64,000 nucleotides of DNA from an uncultured Actinomycetota bacterium (lineage in GTDB: Bacteria > Actinomycetota > Actinomycetes > Actinomycetales > Microbacteriaceae). The stretch is taken from NCBI GenBank assembly GCA_963772625.1, contig CAVYXT010000017.1, forward strand, positions 5,079 through 69,078. Reading direction: 5' to 3'. This document shows positions 1 to 12,111 of the stretch, piece after piece (positions within the stretch are counted from its first letter, which is position 1; every line of letters begins with the position of its first letter). A program made the translations under genes and the position numbers. A model generated the notes under the pieces. That model was not told the origin of the DNA, ran no database searches, and worked only from the letters and a program-made list of their open reading frames with translations.

Positions 1-270
1 ATTGGCCGAGGCGATCGTCGGATCGACCTCTATCTCGCCGGCGAAGTCCCAGGCGCCGTACATCCCGAGGTGCACGCGCAACCAGAGGTCGTCGTCGAAC
101 TCGAGGAACATCTGCTTGCCGACGGCTCGGACAGCCGTCGCCGTGCGCCCGCTGAGGACGTTCGCGCCTTCGACGAAGCGCCCCTGAGGGCTGGATGCCG
201 CGACCACGCGTCCGACATAGTTACGGTCGAACTGGCGGGCGATCCGGTGGACCGAATGCCCTTCGGGCAT
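1..270 (-). CDS. Fpg/Nei family DNA glycosylase, N-terminal part (runs off the window start)
   Basis: Manual translation from ATG at 270 gives MPEGHSVHRIARQF...VGKQMFLEF...LRVHLGMYG, with the catalytic N-terminal PEG motif and HLGM motif. The start overlaps the rpiB stop. Confidence 0.9.
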   Translation of the reverse strand, partial: MPEGHSVHRIARQFDRNYVGRVVAASSPQGRFVEGANVLSGRTATAVRAVGKQMFLEFDDDLWLRVHLGMYGAWDFAGEIEVDPTIASAN

Positions 271-815
271 CAGCCGGCTTCGGGGTCGAACGAGCTGTCG
301 TCGTCGTCGAGGACGTCGGGCCGACCTGGGGCCGCACGCGGGTCGGGCTCGAGCGCGCCGTCCGCTTCGAACGCGGCGATCTGCGCGATCCTGCGAGCGT
401 GGCGCTCCTCGCCGGAGAACGGTGTCGCGATGAACCGGTCGATGAACGACGCCGCCTCCTCGAACGTGTGCTGGCGCGCGCCGATCGCGATCACGTTGGC
501 GTCGTTGTGTTCACGCGCGAGCTCCGCGGTCGCGATGCTCCACACCAGCGCCGCACGCACGCCGCGCACCTTGTTCGCCGAGATCTGCTCGCCGTTGCCC
601 GAGCCGCCGAACACCACCCCGAGCGTCTCGATGCCGGCATCCTGGTCGGCGACGACGGCCTGCGCCGCACGGATGCAGAAGGCCGGGTAGTCATCGAGTG
701 GCTCGTAGTCCAGCGGGCCGTGGTCGACGACATCGTGCCCCGCGCCCGCCAGGTGGTGCTGCAGCTGGGTGGAGAACTCGAGGCCGGCGTGATCGGTCGC
801 GATGTGGATGCGCAT
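270..815 (-). CDS. rpiB: Ribose-5-phosphate isomerase B
   Basis: MRIHIATDHAG...DDYP...GGSGNGEQISANKV...AREHNDANV. A TAGGAT -10 lies 7 nt before the ATG (leaderless). Confidence 0.93.
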   Translation of the reverse strand: MRIHIATDHAGLEFSTQLQHHLAGAGHDVVDHGPLDYEPLDDYPAFCIRAAQAVVADQDAGIETLGVVFGGSGNGEQISANKVRGVRAALVWSIATAELAREHNDANVIAIGARQHTFEEAASFIDRFIATPFSGEERHARRIAQIAAFEADGALEPDPRAAPGRPDVLDDDDSSFDPEAG

Positions 816-937
816 GGCTCCAATCCTAGGGAGCCGCCGTCGGCGTCGGGTTGCGCTGTCATAGGCTGAGGAGGTTGCCAGCGTCGGCCATCCGCCCGGC
901 CTCGCGACATCCGACCCCCTACACATCGGGAGCACCA

Positions 938-3482
938 GTGCCTGGAGAGAATCTCACCCGCATCGAGGCGCAGGAGCGCCGTGCGATCGTCGACACCCAC
1001 GCGTACGAAGTGGCGCTCGACCTGACCCGCGGACCCGAGGTCTTCGGTTCGCGCACGGTCGTGCGGTTCTCGGCGACATCCGGCGCCGACACGTTCATCG
1101 ACCTGATCGCCGCGGAGGTGCACTCGGTCACGCTCAACGATCGCGAAGTGCCGGTGTCGTCCTTCGCGGACTCCCGTATCGCTCTGACGAACCTCCAGGC
1201 GGAGAACGAGTTGATCGTCGATGCCGATTGCCTCTACACGAACACCGGGGAGGGCCTGCACCGCTTCGTCGACCCTGTCGACGACGAGGTCTACCTCTAC
1301 TCGCAGTTCGAGGTTCCGGATTCACGCCGCGTGTACGCGGTGTTCGAGCAGCCGGACCTCAAGGCGACGTTCCAGTTCACGGTCACCGCGCCCGAACCCT
1401 GGAAGGTGATCTCGAACTCTCCGACACCGGAGCCGAAGAAGCACGGCGACGGCCGGGCGACCTGGCGCTTCGAGCCGACCCCGCCGATCTCGTCGTACAT
1501 CACGGCGATCATCGCCGGTCCGTACGAGGAGACCTTCTCGGAGCTGACGAGCGCCTCCGGGCGGGTCATCCCGCTCGGGGTCTACGGCCGCAAGAGTCTC
1601 TGGCAGCACCTCGATGCGGACTACATCTTCGACAAGACGCGTCAGGGCTTCGCGTACTACGAGGAGAAGTTCGACTACCCCTACCCGTTCGCGAAGTACG
1701 ACCAGCTGTTCGTCCCCGAGTTCAACGCCGGCGCCATGGAGAATGCCGGCGCCGTGACGTTCACGGAGTCGTACGTCTTCCGCAGCAAGGTCACCGACGC
1801 CGTCAAGGAGCGTCGCGTGGTGACGATCCTGCACGAGCTGGCCCACATGTGGTTCGGCGACCTGGTCACGATGAAGTGGTGGAACGACCTGTGGCTGAAC
1901 GAGTCGTTCGCCGAGTGGGCCTCCACGATCGCGACGGCCGAGGCGACCGAGTGGACCGAGGCGTGGACCACCTTCAACGCGATGGAGAAGACCTGGGCGT
2001 ACCGCCAGGACCAGCTCCCCTCGACGCACCCCGTCGTCGCCGAGATCAACGATCTCGAGGACGTGCAGGTCAACTTCGACGGCATCACCTACGCCAAGGG
2101 CGGCTCGGTGCTCAAGCAGCTCGCCGCCTGGGTGGGGATCGACGCGTTCTTCGGTGGAGTCGCCGAATACTTCAAGAAGAACGAGTGGGGCAACACCGAG
2201 CTGCCCGATCTGCTGTCCGAACTCGAGAAGACGAGCGGACGCGAGCTGAGCACCTGGTCGAAGAAGTGGCTGGAGACCGCCGGCGTCAACACCCTCTCCC
2301 CCGTGCTCAACGAGGACGGCGCGGGCACGATCACGCGCTTCGCGATCACTGCAGACGGCACCGGCGGACTATCCGACGATTCGTCCGCACCGCCTGGGTG
2401 TCGGCTTCTACCAGGTCACCGGCGGTGCTCTCGAGCGCGTGCACCACGTCGAGCTGGACGTCGACGGCGACCTGACGGAGGTCCCCGAATTGAAGGGACT
2501 GAAGCGTCCCGACCTGGTCCTGCTCAACGACGAGGACCTCGCGTACGCGAAGATCCGGCTCGACGACCGTTCACTCAAGACGGCGATCGAGTTCCTCGGC
2601 CGCATCGCCGACCCGCTCGCGCGTTCCCTCGTGTGGGGTGCCGCGTGGGATCAGACGCGGGATGCCGAGTCCTCCCCCAGCGACTACATCGACCTCGTGC
2701 TGCGCAACATCGGGCGGGAGACCGAGTCCACCACAGTGCGCACGACCCTCGCGCAGCTGCAGCTCGCGGCGAACTCCTACGTCGCACCGGAGAAGCGCGA
2801 TGCCACACGGGCGAAGGTCGCCGACGGTCTGTGGGCTCTCGCACAGGCTGCCGAAGCCGGCAGTGACAGCCAGCTGCAGTTCGTGACTGCGTTCGCCACC
2901 GCGGCCTCGACGCCCGCCCACTGGGAAAAGGTGAAGTCGTTGCGCGACGGCCGGACGAGCCTCGAGGGCCTCGTGGTCGACACCGATCTGTCATGGCAGC
3001 TGCTCATCTCGCTGGCAGCCGGAGGCGTCGCCGACGCTGCGGCCATCGACGAGGCGCTCGCGGCCGACAACACGGCGAAGGGCGGCGAGTTCGCGGCACA
3101 GGCGAAGGCATCGATCCCCTCCGCTTCGGCGAAGCGCGCAGCGTGGAACTCCATCATCGAGAACGACGATCAGCCGAACACCATCGTCCGTTCCACGGCG
3201 CTCGGGTTCCAGCATCCCGCGACCGTCGCCCAGCTGGGCGAGTTCGTGGAGCGGTACTTCGATATGCTCCTGCCGATCTGGGATTCGCGCTCGTACCAGA
3301 TCGCGCAGTACATCATCGTGGGCTTCTACCCCGCGCCCCTGGCGAGCCTCGAGCTGCGCAACGCGACTCGCGCGTGGCTCGCCGCGAATCAGGACGCCGC
3401 GCCTGCGCTGCGCCGACTCGTGGACGAGAACCTCGCCGGCGTCGAGCGTGCCCTCGCGGTGCAGGAGCGCGACGCGCGGTAG
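938..3482 (+). pseudogene. pepN: Aminopeptidase N (M1 family), split by a +1 frameshift near 2351 (true lesion or sequencing indel)
   Basis: GAMEN and HELAH...NE motifs in ORF 851..2866. The C-terminal ERAP1-like part is in ORF 2439..3482. Span is 2545 nt = 848 codons + 1. Confidence 0.9.
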
Positions 3483-3492
3483 CGCGACTCCT

Positions 3493-3531
3493 GGATGCCC
3501 CGGCCTGCCGCCTCCGGTGGCCGGGGCATCC
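3493..3531. terminator. 13-bp GC-rich hairpin downstream of pepN; each arm carries the GGATGCC motif
   Basis: GGATGCCCCGGCC-N13-GGCCGGGGCATCC, 10 nt after the pepN stop; no U-tract. Confidence 0.6.
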
Positions 3532-3580
3532 GCACGTCCGCACAGATTCCACGGAGGGGCGCCGAACTAGGATCGGAACG

Positions 3581-4654
3581 ATGAACAGCGTCCTCCTCGA
3601 AACCGCCGTCGCGCCTGCTCCGTCGCTCTGGGAGCAGATCCTCGCAGCCGCCGTCGACATCGGGTGGCTCATTCTGGGCGTCTTCGGAATCATCATCGGC
3701 GCGCTCCTGCTCAGCTGGGTGCTCAAGCTGGTGATCCGGCGCGTCGTCGGTCGTATCGTCAACGGCGCGAAGAACAAGGCCAACGTCGACGACACGCAGG
3801 CGCTGGATCGCTCGCCGCTCGCTGCGGTGCGGCTCGTTCAGCGGACGCGGACGCTCGGGTCGATCCTGCAGAACATCGTGAACGTGACGATCGTGGTCGT
3901 GGCGCTGATGCTCACCGTCAATCTGCTCGCGCCCAACGCGCTGGGCTCCCTCACGCTGCTCACGGCGGCGGTCGGCGCCGGGCTGGGCTTCGGCGCCCAG
4001 AACATCGTCAAGGACGTGCTCAACGGGATCTTCATCGTCGCCGAGGATCAGGTCGGCATCGGCGATGTCGTCGACCTCGGGCTGGCGACCGGAATCGTCG
4101 AATACGTCAGTGTCCGCGTCACGAACGTCCGCGATGTGAACGGCACGCTGTGGTACGTGCGCAACGGCGAGATCCTGCGCATCGGCAACATGTCGATGGG
4201 CTGGTCGCGCGTGATCGTCGATCTCGCCCTCCCGATCGGAACCGACATCGGAGAGGTGGAGAACACGATGATGGAGACGATGAAGGATCTCGCGAAGGAT
4301 CCGAAGTGGCGCACCCGCATCATCGACAAGCCCGAGGTGTGGGGCTTGGAGTCGGTGTCGGGCGATGGCCTGGTGATCCGGCTCGTGATGAAGACGCGCG
4401 CGAACGCGAAGGACGATGTGGCTCGCGAGCTGCGGATGCGCGTGCTCAACGCCGTGGACGAGATGGGACTGACGCTGCCGCAGCTCAACTCGATCACCCT
4501 GAGCGGCCTGGAGGGCGCGCAGCGCGTGCGGGGCGCGAATCCGCCCAAGACGAAGCCGACGACGGTGACTCAGCCTCCTCCGCCCGAACGACCCGTCTGG
4601 CGACCGAAGCGAACACCGAAGCAGCCGCCCGAGACACCGCAGGGGTCAGCGTGA
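3581..4654 (+). CDS. Small-conductance mechanosensitive channel (MscS family)
   Basis: [31 protein letters not shown]...[11 protein letters not shown] signature. TAGGAT lies 7 nt before the ATG. Confidence 0.9.
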   Translation: MNSVLLETAVAPAPSLWEQILAAAVDIGWLILGVFGIIIGALLLSWVLKLVIRRVVGRIVNGAKNKANVDDTQALDRSPLAAVRLVQRTRTLGSILQNIVNVTIVVVALMLTVNLLAPNALGSLTLLTAAVGAGLGFGAQNIVKDVLNGIFIVAEDQVGIGDVVDLGLATGIVEYVSVRVTNVRDVNGTLWYVRNGEILRIGNMSMGWSRVIVDLALPIGTDIGEVENTMMETMKDLAKDPKWRTRIIDKPEVWGLESVSGDGLVIRLVMKTRANAKDDVARELRMRVLNAVDEMGLTLPQLNSITLSGLEGAQRVRGANPPKTKPTTVTQPPPPERPVWRPKRTPKQPPETPQGSA

Positions 4655-5110
4655 GCATCAGCTTCTACGACGAAGTCGGTGGTCACGAAACCTTCGTGCG
4701 CCTGGTCGACGCGTTCTACCGCGGCGTCGCCGACGATCCGGTACTGCGGCCGATGTATCCCGAGGAGGACCTCGGCCCCGCGCGAGAGCGCCTGACGCTC
4801 TTCCTCGAGCAGTACTGGGGCGGCCCTACGACATACAGCCGCGAGCGCGGCCACCCCCGCCTGCGGATGCGGCACGCGCCCTTCCACGTCAATCCCGACG
4901 GCGCGCGACCGCTGGCTCACCCACATGCGGGAGGCCGTCGACGAGCTCGGGCTCTCGCCCCTGCATGAGGCGACCCTGTGGGACTACCTGCAGCGCGCCG
5001 CGATGGCGATGGTGAACACCTTCGAGCCCACCGGCATCGGACCCTCCGCCGACGGACGCACCGGCACGTCGCTCCCCCTGGCGCCGCCGCCACCCAGCAC
5101 TCCGCTCTGA
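4651..5110 (+). pseudogene. Group II truncated hemoglobin (GlbO-like), split by a +1 frameshift near 4900
   Basis: SFYDEVGG...[20 protein letters not shown]...EQYWGGP...GHPRLRMRH, continuing in another frame as [13 protein letters not shown]. Span is 460 nt = 153 codons + 1. Confidence 0.85.
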
Positions 5111-5142
5111 GCCACTGACCGCCCGCCGACGAAGGAGTCACC

Positions 5143-6813
5143 ATGCCCGCATCGCCCACCGCCCGGTCCGCCGACGTGCTGATCATCGGCTGGGGACTGG
5201 CGGGATTGGTCGCCGCGAGCGAAGCGGTGGCGGCGGGCAAGCGCGTCGTCGTCGTCGATCAGGAACCCCGCACGAACCTCGGGGGGCAGGCGTGGTGGTC
5301 GTTCGGCGGGCTGTTCTTCATCGACTCGCCCGAGCAGCGGCGGATGGGAATCAAGGACTCGTTCGAGCTCGCGCACCAGGACTGGTTCGGCACCGCAGGC
5401 TTCGACCGCGCCGAGGACGCGTGGCCACGGCGGTGGGCCGAGGCCTACCTGCAGTTCGCGCACGAGGAGAAGCGCACGTGGCTTCGGCAGAAGGGAGTGG
5501 GCTTCTTCCCCGTCGTCGGCTGGGCCGAACGGGGCGGGTACACCGCGACAGGCCCGGGCAATTCCGTGCCCCGCTTCCACGTCACGTGGGGGACCGGCCC
5601 GGCCATCGTCGCACCCTTCCAAGGCGCGGTCGAAGAGGCCGAGGCCCGCGGACTTCTCACGATCCTCGCCCGCCACCGGGTCACCGCCCTTCTGACGGCC
5701 GACGGCGCGGTCACCGGAGCGGCGGGCGACATCCTCGCCCCATCGGGCGCTGCGCGCGGCATGGCCACCTCTCGAGAGGTGGTCGGCGAATTCGAGATCA
5801 CTGCCGGCGCCACCGTCGTCTCGTCCGGGGGCATCGGAGGAAACCACGACCTCGTCCGCAGCCAGTGGCCCGCACGGCTGGGCGCCGCGCCCACGTCGAT
5901 GGTCGCCGGCGTCCCGGCGTACGTGGACGGGTCGATGCTCGCGATCACCGGAGAAGCCGGCGCACGCCTGATCAACGGCGATCGCATGTGGCACTACGTG
6001 GAGGGCATCCAGAACTGGAATCCGGTCTGGCCGCGCCACGGCATCCGCATCCTGCCCGGCCCGTCCTCGGTCTGGCTCGATGCGACCGGTCACCGGCTGC
6101 CGGTTCCGCTGTTCCCCGGCTTCGACACGCTCGGCACGCTGGTCCACCTGCGCGCCACCGGGCACGACCACTCGTGGTTCGTCCTGTCGCGGCGGATCAT
6201 CGAGAAGGAGTTCACCCTCTCGGGCAGCGAGCAGAACCCCGACCTGACCGACAAGGACGTGCCGCTGCTGGTGAAGTCCCGACTCGGCAAGGGCGCCGCC
6301 GGGCCCGTACAGGATTTTCTGGATCACGGCGCGGATTTCGTCGTACGCGACAGCCTCGACGACCTGATCGCCGGTATGAGGGCACTCCCCGGCGGCGAGG
6401 TGCTCGAGGCCGAGCGGGTTCGCTTCGAGGTGGAGGCACGGGACCGCGAGATCGACAACGACTTCACGAAGGACGCCCAGATCGCGATGCTGCGCTCGGC
6501 ACGCGCGTATCGCGGTGACCGGCTCGTGCGCACCGCCCGGCCGCACCGCATTCTCGACCCGCAGGCGGGCCCGCTCATCGCCGTCAAACTGCACGTCCTG
6601 ACGCGCAAGTCGCTCGGCGGCATCGAAACCGACCTCGACGCCCACGCCCTGGCACCGGGCGGCGAACCCGTCCCCGGCCTGTATGCCGCGGGCGAGGCGA
6701 GCGGTTTCGGGGGCGGAGGCGTGCACGGCTACCGGGCACTGGAGGGCACGTTCGCCGGCGGATGCCTGTTCTCCGGTCGTATCGCCGGCCGAGCAGCCGC
6801 AGCCGCCGTCTAA
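5143..6813 (+). CDS. FAD-binding dehydrogenase (FAD_binding_2, KstD-like family)
   Basis: N-terminal GWGLAGLVAA dinucleotide fold; C-terminal TRKSLGGIETD...GLYAAGE...GTFAGGCLFSG. GGAG SD. Confidence 0.85.
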   Translation: MPASPTARSADVLIIGWGLAGLVAASEAVAAGKRVVVVDQEPRTNLGGQAWWSFGGLFFIDSPEQRRMGIKDSFELAHQDWFGTAGFDRAEDAWPRRWAEAYLQFAHEEKRTWLRQKGVGFFPVVGWAERGGYTATGPGNSVPRFHVTWGTGPAIVAPFQGAVEEAEARGLLTILARHRVTALLTADGAVTGAAGDILAPSGAARGMATSREVVGEFEITAGATVVSSGGIGGNHDLVRSQWPARLGAAPTSMVAGVPAYVDGSMLAITGEAGARLINGDRMWHYVEGIQNWNPVWPRHGIRILPGPSSVWLDATGHRLPVPLFPGFDTLGTLVHLRATGHDHSWFVLSRRIIEKEFTLSGSEQNPDLTDKDVPLLVKSRLGKGAAGPVQDFLDHGADFVVRDSLDDLIAGMRALPGGEVLEAERVRFEVEARDREIDNDFTKDAQIAMLRSARAYRGDRLVRTARPHRILDPQAGPLIAVKLHVLTRKSLGGIETDLDAHALAPGGEPVPGLYAAGEASGFGGGGVHGYRALEGTFAGGCLFSGRIAGRAAAAAV

Positions 6814-7496
6814 GTCTCGTCGTCGGCTGCCGCGCGCGTCTCGCGGACGGCGGTCATCCCGATCCGGGCCGGCCCGCGGAGGATGACGTGCCCGCGGGCG
6901 AGAGTGAGGCGGGTCCACGATCCCGCCGTCCGCACCATCGCGTCCTCCTCGCCGACGATGAAGCCCAGCGTGAACGCGGCGAAGGCGACACCGAGCGGCA
7001 GCCCGCCGAGCGCGTCGTCGGGCACGCCCCACACAGCAGCGCGCACGGCACGAACGGCATCCTCCCCGGGATTCTGCGGAATCGACTCCGCGACGGCTGC
7101 GATGCCCCACTGCGCGCGCGCAGCGAGCACAGACGCCGGCACGACACCCGCCTGCGCCCAGCCGGTCCGCGGAGGCGACACGCCGGTCCAGGAGGGCGAC
7201 AGTCCCACGTCGGGCAGTTGCAGCTGGGCGGCATCATCGGCGACGGTCGACAGCTCTGCGGCTTCGATCGCGATGTCGCACTCCAGCTCGGGATCCACCG
7301 GCAGGACCCGCATCGCCAGCACGGTGGGTGTCGAATCGAACAGGCCGCGCGGTGCGAACGGGGCTGAGGTCATCGTGAGCGTGCCCAGTGCAGCACGCAG
7401 TCGGACGGCACCGTCCCCGACCCGCGCCGTGCGACCGGCGAACGTCAGAGCGTCCGTGGCGGCGGCGGCATCCGGGAAGATCAGGCGCTGCGACAT
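6810..7496 (-). CDS. Conserved hypothetical protein
   Basis: 228-aa ORF (MSQRLIFPDAAAA...) filling the gap between genes. TAGTTT -10 lies 7 nt before the ATG. Confidence 0.7.
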   Translation of the reverse strand: MSQRLIFPDAAAATDALTFAGRTARVGDGAVRLRAALGTLTMTSAPFAPRGLFDSTPTVLAMRVLPVDPELECDIAIEAAELSTVADDAAQLQLPDVGLSPSWTGVSPPRTGWAQAGVVPASVLAARAQWGIAAVAESIPQNPGEDAVRAVRAAVWGVPDDALGGLPLGVAFAAFTLGFIVGEEDAMVRTAGSWTRLTLARGHVILRGPARIGMTAVRETRAAADDET

Positions 7497-7573
7497 CCGC
7501 CCTAAACTACCAACCATCGGCGTGCCGCCGGCCCACCGCCCAGACCGGAGACCCTGTTGATCGAGACCTCGTC

Positions 7574-8497
7574 GTGACCGACGCCGCTCAGCCCGCGCCC
7601 GAGGAGTTCACCCCCGATCCCGACCCGGTCGCCTCGATGCTCGCCGTTCTCGATCTGTCGCAGTCCGGCGCCAGAACCAGCGAAGACATCTTCACCGGGG
7701 TATCGCAGTCGATGCCCCTCGGCCGCGTCTACGGCGGTCAGGTCCTCGCGCAGTCGATCGTCGCCGCGGAGCGGACGATCCCCGACGGACGGTCCGCGCA
7801 TTCGATGCACGGATACTTCCTCCGGCCCGGCGATGCCTCCAAGGGGATCACCTTCGCCGTTGACCGCATCCACGACGGGCGGTCCTTCTCCACACGCCGC
7901 ACGCAGGCGTTCCAGGAGGGCGTTCCGATCTTCTCGATGATCGCCTCCTTCCAGGACGAGGACCCGGGCGTCGAGCATCAGGCCGAGATGCCGTCCGGCG
8001 TGCCCGACCCGGAGCGCCTGCCCGACATCGAAGATCACCTCGCAGGACTGCATCCGATGTCAAAGCGGCTGTTCATCGATCGCCCCTTGGATGTGCGCCA
8101 CTTCCCCTCGCCGATCTACCTGGGCGTCGAGGGCGAGCGTGTGCCGCACCAGGCGGTGTGGATGCGCGCGCGACGCGAGATTCCCGACGATCCGCGCATC
8201 CACCGCGCCGTGCTCGCCTACCTCAGCGACCTGACCATCCAGGAATCGATCCTTCGCGCCCACGGGGTGGCCTGGGCGACGCCGGGCCTGAAGGTGGCGA
8301 GCCTCGACCACGCCATGTGGTGGCACCGACCGGGCCGCGTCGACGAATGGATGCTGTACGTGCAGGAGTCTCCGAGCGCGCGCGGCGGCCGGGGGCTGGC
8401 GACAGGACGCATCTACTCGCGCGACGGCATGCTGTTGGCCACCGTCGCGCAGGAGATCATGGTGCGGGTGCCGGGACGGCCGTCGGCGGACGGCTGA
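7574..8497 (+). CDS. tesB: Acyl-CoA thioesterase II
   Basis: GRVYGGQVLAQS, HSMHGYFLRPG, DGRSFSTRR and ASLDHAMWWH motifs. Confidence 0.92.
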   Translation: MTDAAQPAPEEFTPDPDPVASMLAVLDLSQSGARTSEDIFTGVSQSMPLGRVYGGQVLAQSIVAAERTIPDGRSAHSMHGYFLRPGDASKGITFAVDRIHDGRSFSTRRTQAFQEGVPIFSMIASFQDEDPGVEHQAEMPSGVPDPERLPDIEDHLAGLHPMSKRLFIDRPLDVRHFPSPIYLGVEGERVPHQAVWMRARREIPDDPRIHRAVLAYLSDLTIQESILRAHGVAWATPGLKVASLDHAMWWHRPGRVDEWMLYVQESPSARGGRGLATGRIYSRDGMLLATVAQEIMVRVPGRPSADG

Positions 8498-8501
8498 CCT
8501 G

Positions 8502-9003
8502 TCAGCGCCGTCTGGCGTACTCGATCGGCTCGTCGAGGAACGGCGCCCATGCGGCGCGCTCAGCCTCGCCCCAGCGGGTCGGACGTCCGCTCTCGGTGTC
8601 GACGAGCACGACCACGGCGGACGCGCGGGCATACACGATCGACGACGCGTCGCCCTGCGGACTGTGCACCTCGTAGCAGACCTCCACGCTCGAGCCGCCA
8701 ATCCGACCGACCCACAGCTGGACGTCGAGCGGGCGCTGGCCGTACGGGACCGGCCGCAGGTACTCGATCTCCTGCCGCGCGACGAGTGTGGCACGAGTGC
8801 CGCCGCCCTCGAGGACGGACATGTCGAACACCGCGGTCGGCGCCGCTTCGGTGCCGTCCTCCGGCCGCCAGAAGGCGCGCAGCCGCGCTTCTTCGAGCAG
8901 CTTCAGCATCGACGTGTTGTTCACGTGCCCGAGCGCGTCGAGGTCTCCCCACCGCAGGTGGATGGGGACGTGCAGCCGGCGTGCGGCTCCCGGAACCGGC
9001 TCG

Positions 9004-9011
<8 letters not shown>
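8502..9011 (-). CDS. Acyl-CoA thioesterase (4HBT/YbgC hot-dog family)
   Basis: RWGDLDALGHVNNTS motif. The GTG start overlaps the ettA stop. Confidence 0.88.
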
Positions 9012-10686
<1,675 letters not shown>

Positions 10687-10752
10687 ATCCTGTCCAGTCT
10701 ACGGGCCGCCTGACCGCGCAGAATCACGCAGGCAGCGACCGCGGGAGGCGGA

Positions 10753-11271
10753 TCACCAGTCGATCGGGCGCGTCTGTCCGACCAGACACGTGCCCTCGGC
10801 GAGGACCGGTACGACCAGCGTGACCGGGCTGCCCGTCGCCGGGCCGACCTGGCCGACCAGGCACTCGTCACCCCAGCGCACGGAGAACTGGATACTCTCC
10901 GCCGGGTTGCCCACCGTGCTCTGATCCGGCGTGACCTGCATGGCGGCCCTGTCGAAGCCCGCGGCCACGAGGGCGTCGATGTACGCCCGGCCGGCTACAT
11001 TGTCCGGCGTGGCCCACACGGCGGCGGTCACGTCCGAGAAGAGCGCGAGGTTCTCCTCGGCTGTTCCTCCGGAAACGAGTGCTGGCTCGGCCGGCAGGGC
11101 GGGCGAGGGCGTGGCCGACGCCGGCGGGGCGGCGCTCGCGGACGGCTGCGAGCTGACCGCAGGCTCCGGATTCGAACACCCTGCGAGCGCGAGTGATGCC
11201 CCGACTGCGATGCATGTCAGCGACGCCCCCACACTGCGCGCACGACGAGGCGCGGGGTGGTGGGGGGACAC
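10753..11271 (-). CDS. Predicted lipoprotein of unknown function
   Basis: Signal peptide with lipobox LALAGC followed by a Pro/Ala/Ser linker. TAGACT lies 6 nt before the GTG. Confidence 0.75.
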   Translation of the reverse strand: MSPHHPAPRRARSVGASLTCIAVGASLALAGCSNPEPAVSSQPSASAAPPASATPSPALPAEPALVSGGTAEENLALFSDVTAAVWATPDNVAGRAYIDALVAAGFDRAAMQVTPDQSTVGNPAESIQFSVRWGDECLVGQVGPATGSPVTLVVPVLAEGTCLVGQTRPIDW

Positions 11272-11315
11272 GGTCAGAGTCTACGGCGGACCACCCCGCC
11301 CTCGATTCGCGCGCC

Positions 11316-11870
11316 TCAGAACGGCGTCTCCGCTCCGGCGAGCGCCAGGACCGGCTTCTCGGAGTCCACGCCGCCATCGTCCGCTCCGTGAATGGCCTCT
11401 TCCCCGCTCGATTCCGCCGCCGCGGTCTGTTCGAGGCCGGGGGTTGCCCACGAGTCCTCGGATGCCGCGCCCGGAGCCCACGAGTCGTCCGTCTGCGATG
11501 CCGACGATCCGGATGCCGGAACGTCGCGTGTGAAGCTCGTCGTGCCCCACAGCAGGTCGTGGCCGATCGCATCGACGTCGATCTCGACGGCAGTGCCGCG
11601 CCTCTCGCCCGATTCCCACCTGCGCACGCGCAGCCTGCCGGTGAGGATCACGCGGTCCTTCTTGTGCAACGAGTCGAACGCGTGCTCAGCGAGCCGTCGG
11701 TAGGCCGAGACCGTGTACCAGCTGGTCTCGCCGTCGACCCATGCTCCGGTCGTGCGATCGAGCCTGCGCTGCGTGCTCCCGACGCGGAACGTGGTGATCG
11801 TCAGACCGTTCGCGTTCTTCTTGTCGGGGTCGGTCCCGATGATTCCGACGATGGTGATGGTGTCGCTCAT
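11316..11870 (-). CDS. ssb: Single-stranded DNA-binding protein (secondary paralogue, SsbB-like)
   Basis: OB-fold TITIVGIIGTDP...FRVGSTQRR...W...TSWYTVSAYRRLAEH...VILTGRLRVRRW; acidic tail ending ETPF. GGAGAGGA SD. Confidence 0.88.
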   Translation of the reverse strand: MSDTITIVGIIGTDPDKKNANGLTITTFRVGSTQRRLDRTTGAWVDGETSWYTVSAYRRLAEHAFDSLHKKDRVILTGRLRVRRWESGERRGTAVEIDVDAIGHDLLWGTTSFTRDVPASGSSASQTDDSWAPGAASEDSWATPGLEQTAAAESSGEEAIHGADDGGVDSEKPVLALAGAETPF

Positions 11871-12017
11871 GTCAGTCCTCTCCGCCCGAGGACGGTCCTC
11901 GGGTCGCGCCGGTGCCCGAGTGCCCGTCGGGCACCGGCGCCATCTCAGAATGCTTCCGCCGGCGAGCCCGTGACCATGGACGGCGCGCCTCTGCGGAAAG
12001 CCCAACCGGTGGCCGCT

Positions 12018-12028
12018 CTGGGGAGGAG
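12018..12028 (-). promoter_or_regulatory. Shared upstream box CTCCTCCCCAG, 66 nt above the CATTCT -10 of ssb
   Basis: Same box and spacing upstream of yraN and the M23 gene; second half-site TCCGCAG at 11991-11997. Confidence 0.6.
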
Positions 12029-12068
12029 TCGTCGGCCAGCGACTCCCGCTCAGGAGGACAAACCGCGA

Positions 12069-12090
12069 TGTCGGAGGTCGCACTTATCTT
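12069..12090 (+). promoter_or_regulatory. PafBC/RecA-NDp-type DNA-damage promoter TGTCGG-N10-TATCTT
   Basis: Exact match to the mycobacterial consensus TGTCGG-N10-TANNNT. Confidence 0.75.
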
Positions 12091-12111
12091 CGAAGGAGAA
12101 AGGAACATGCC

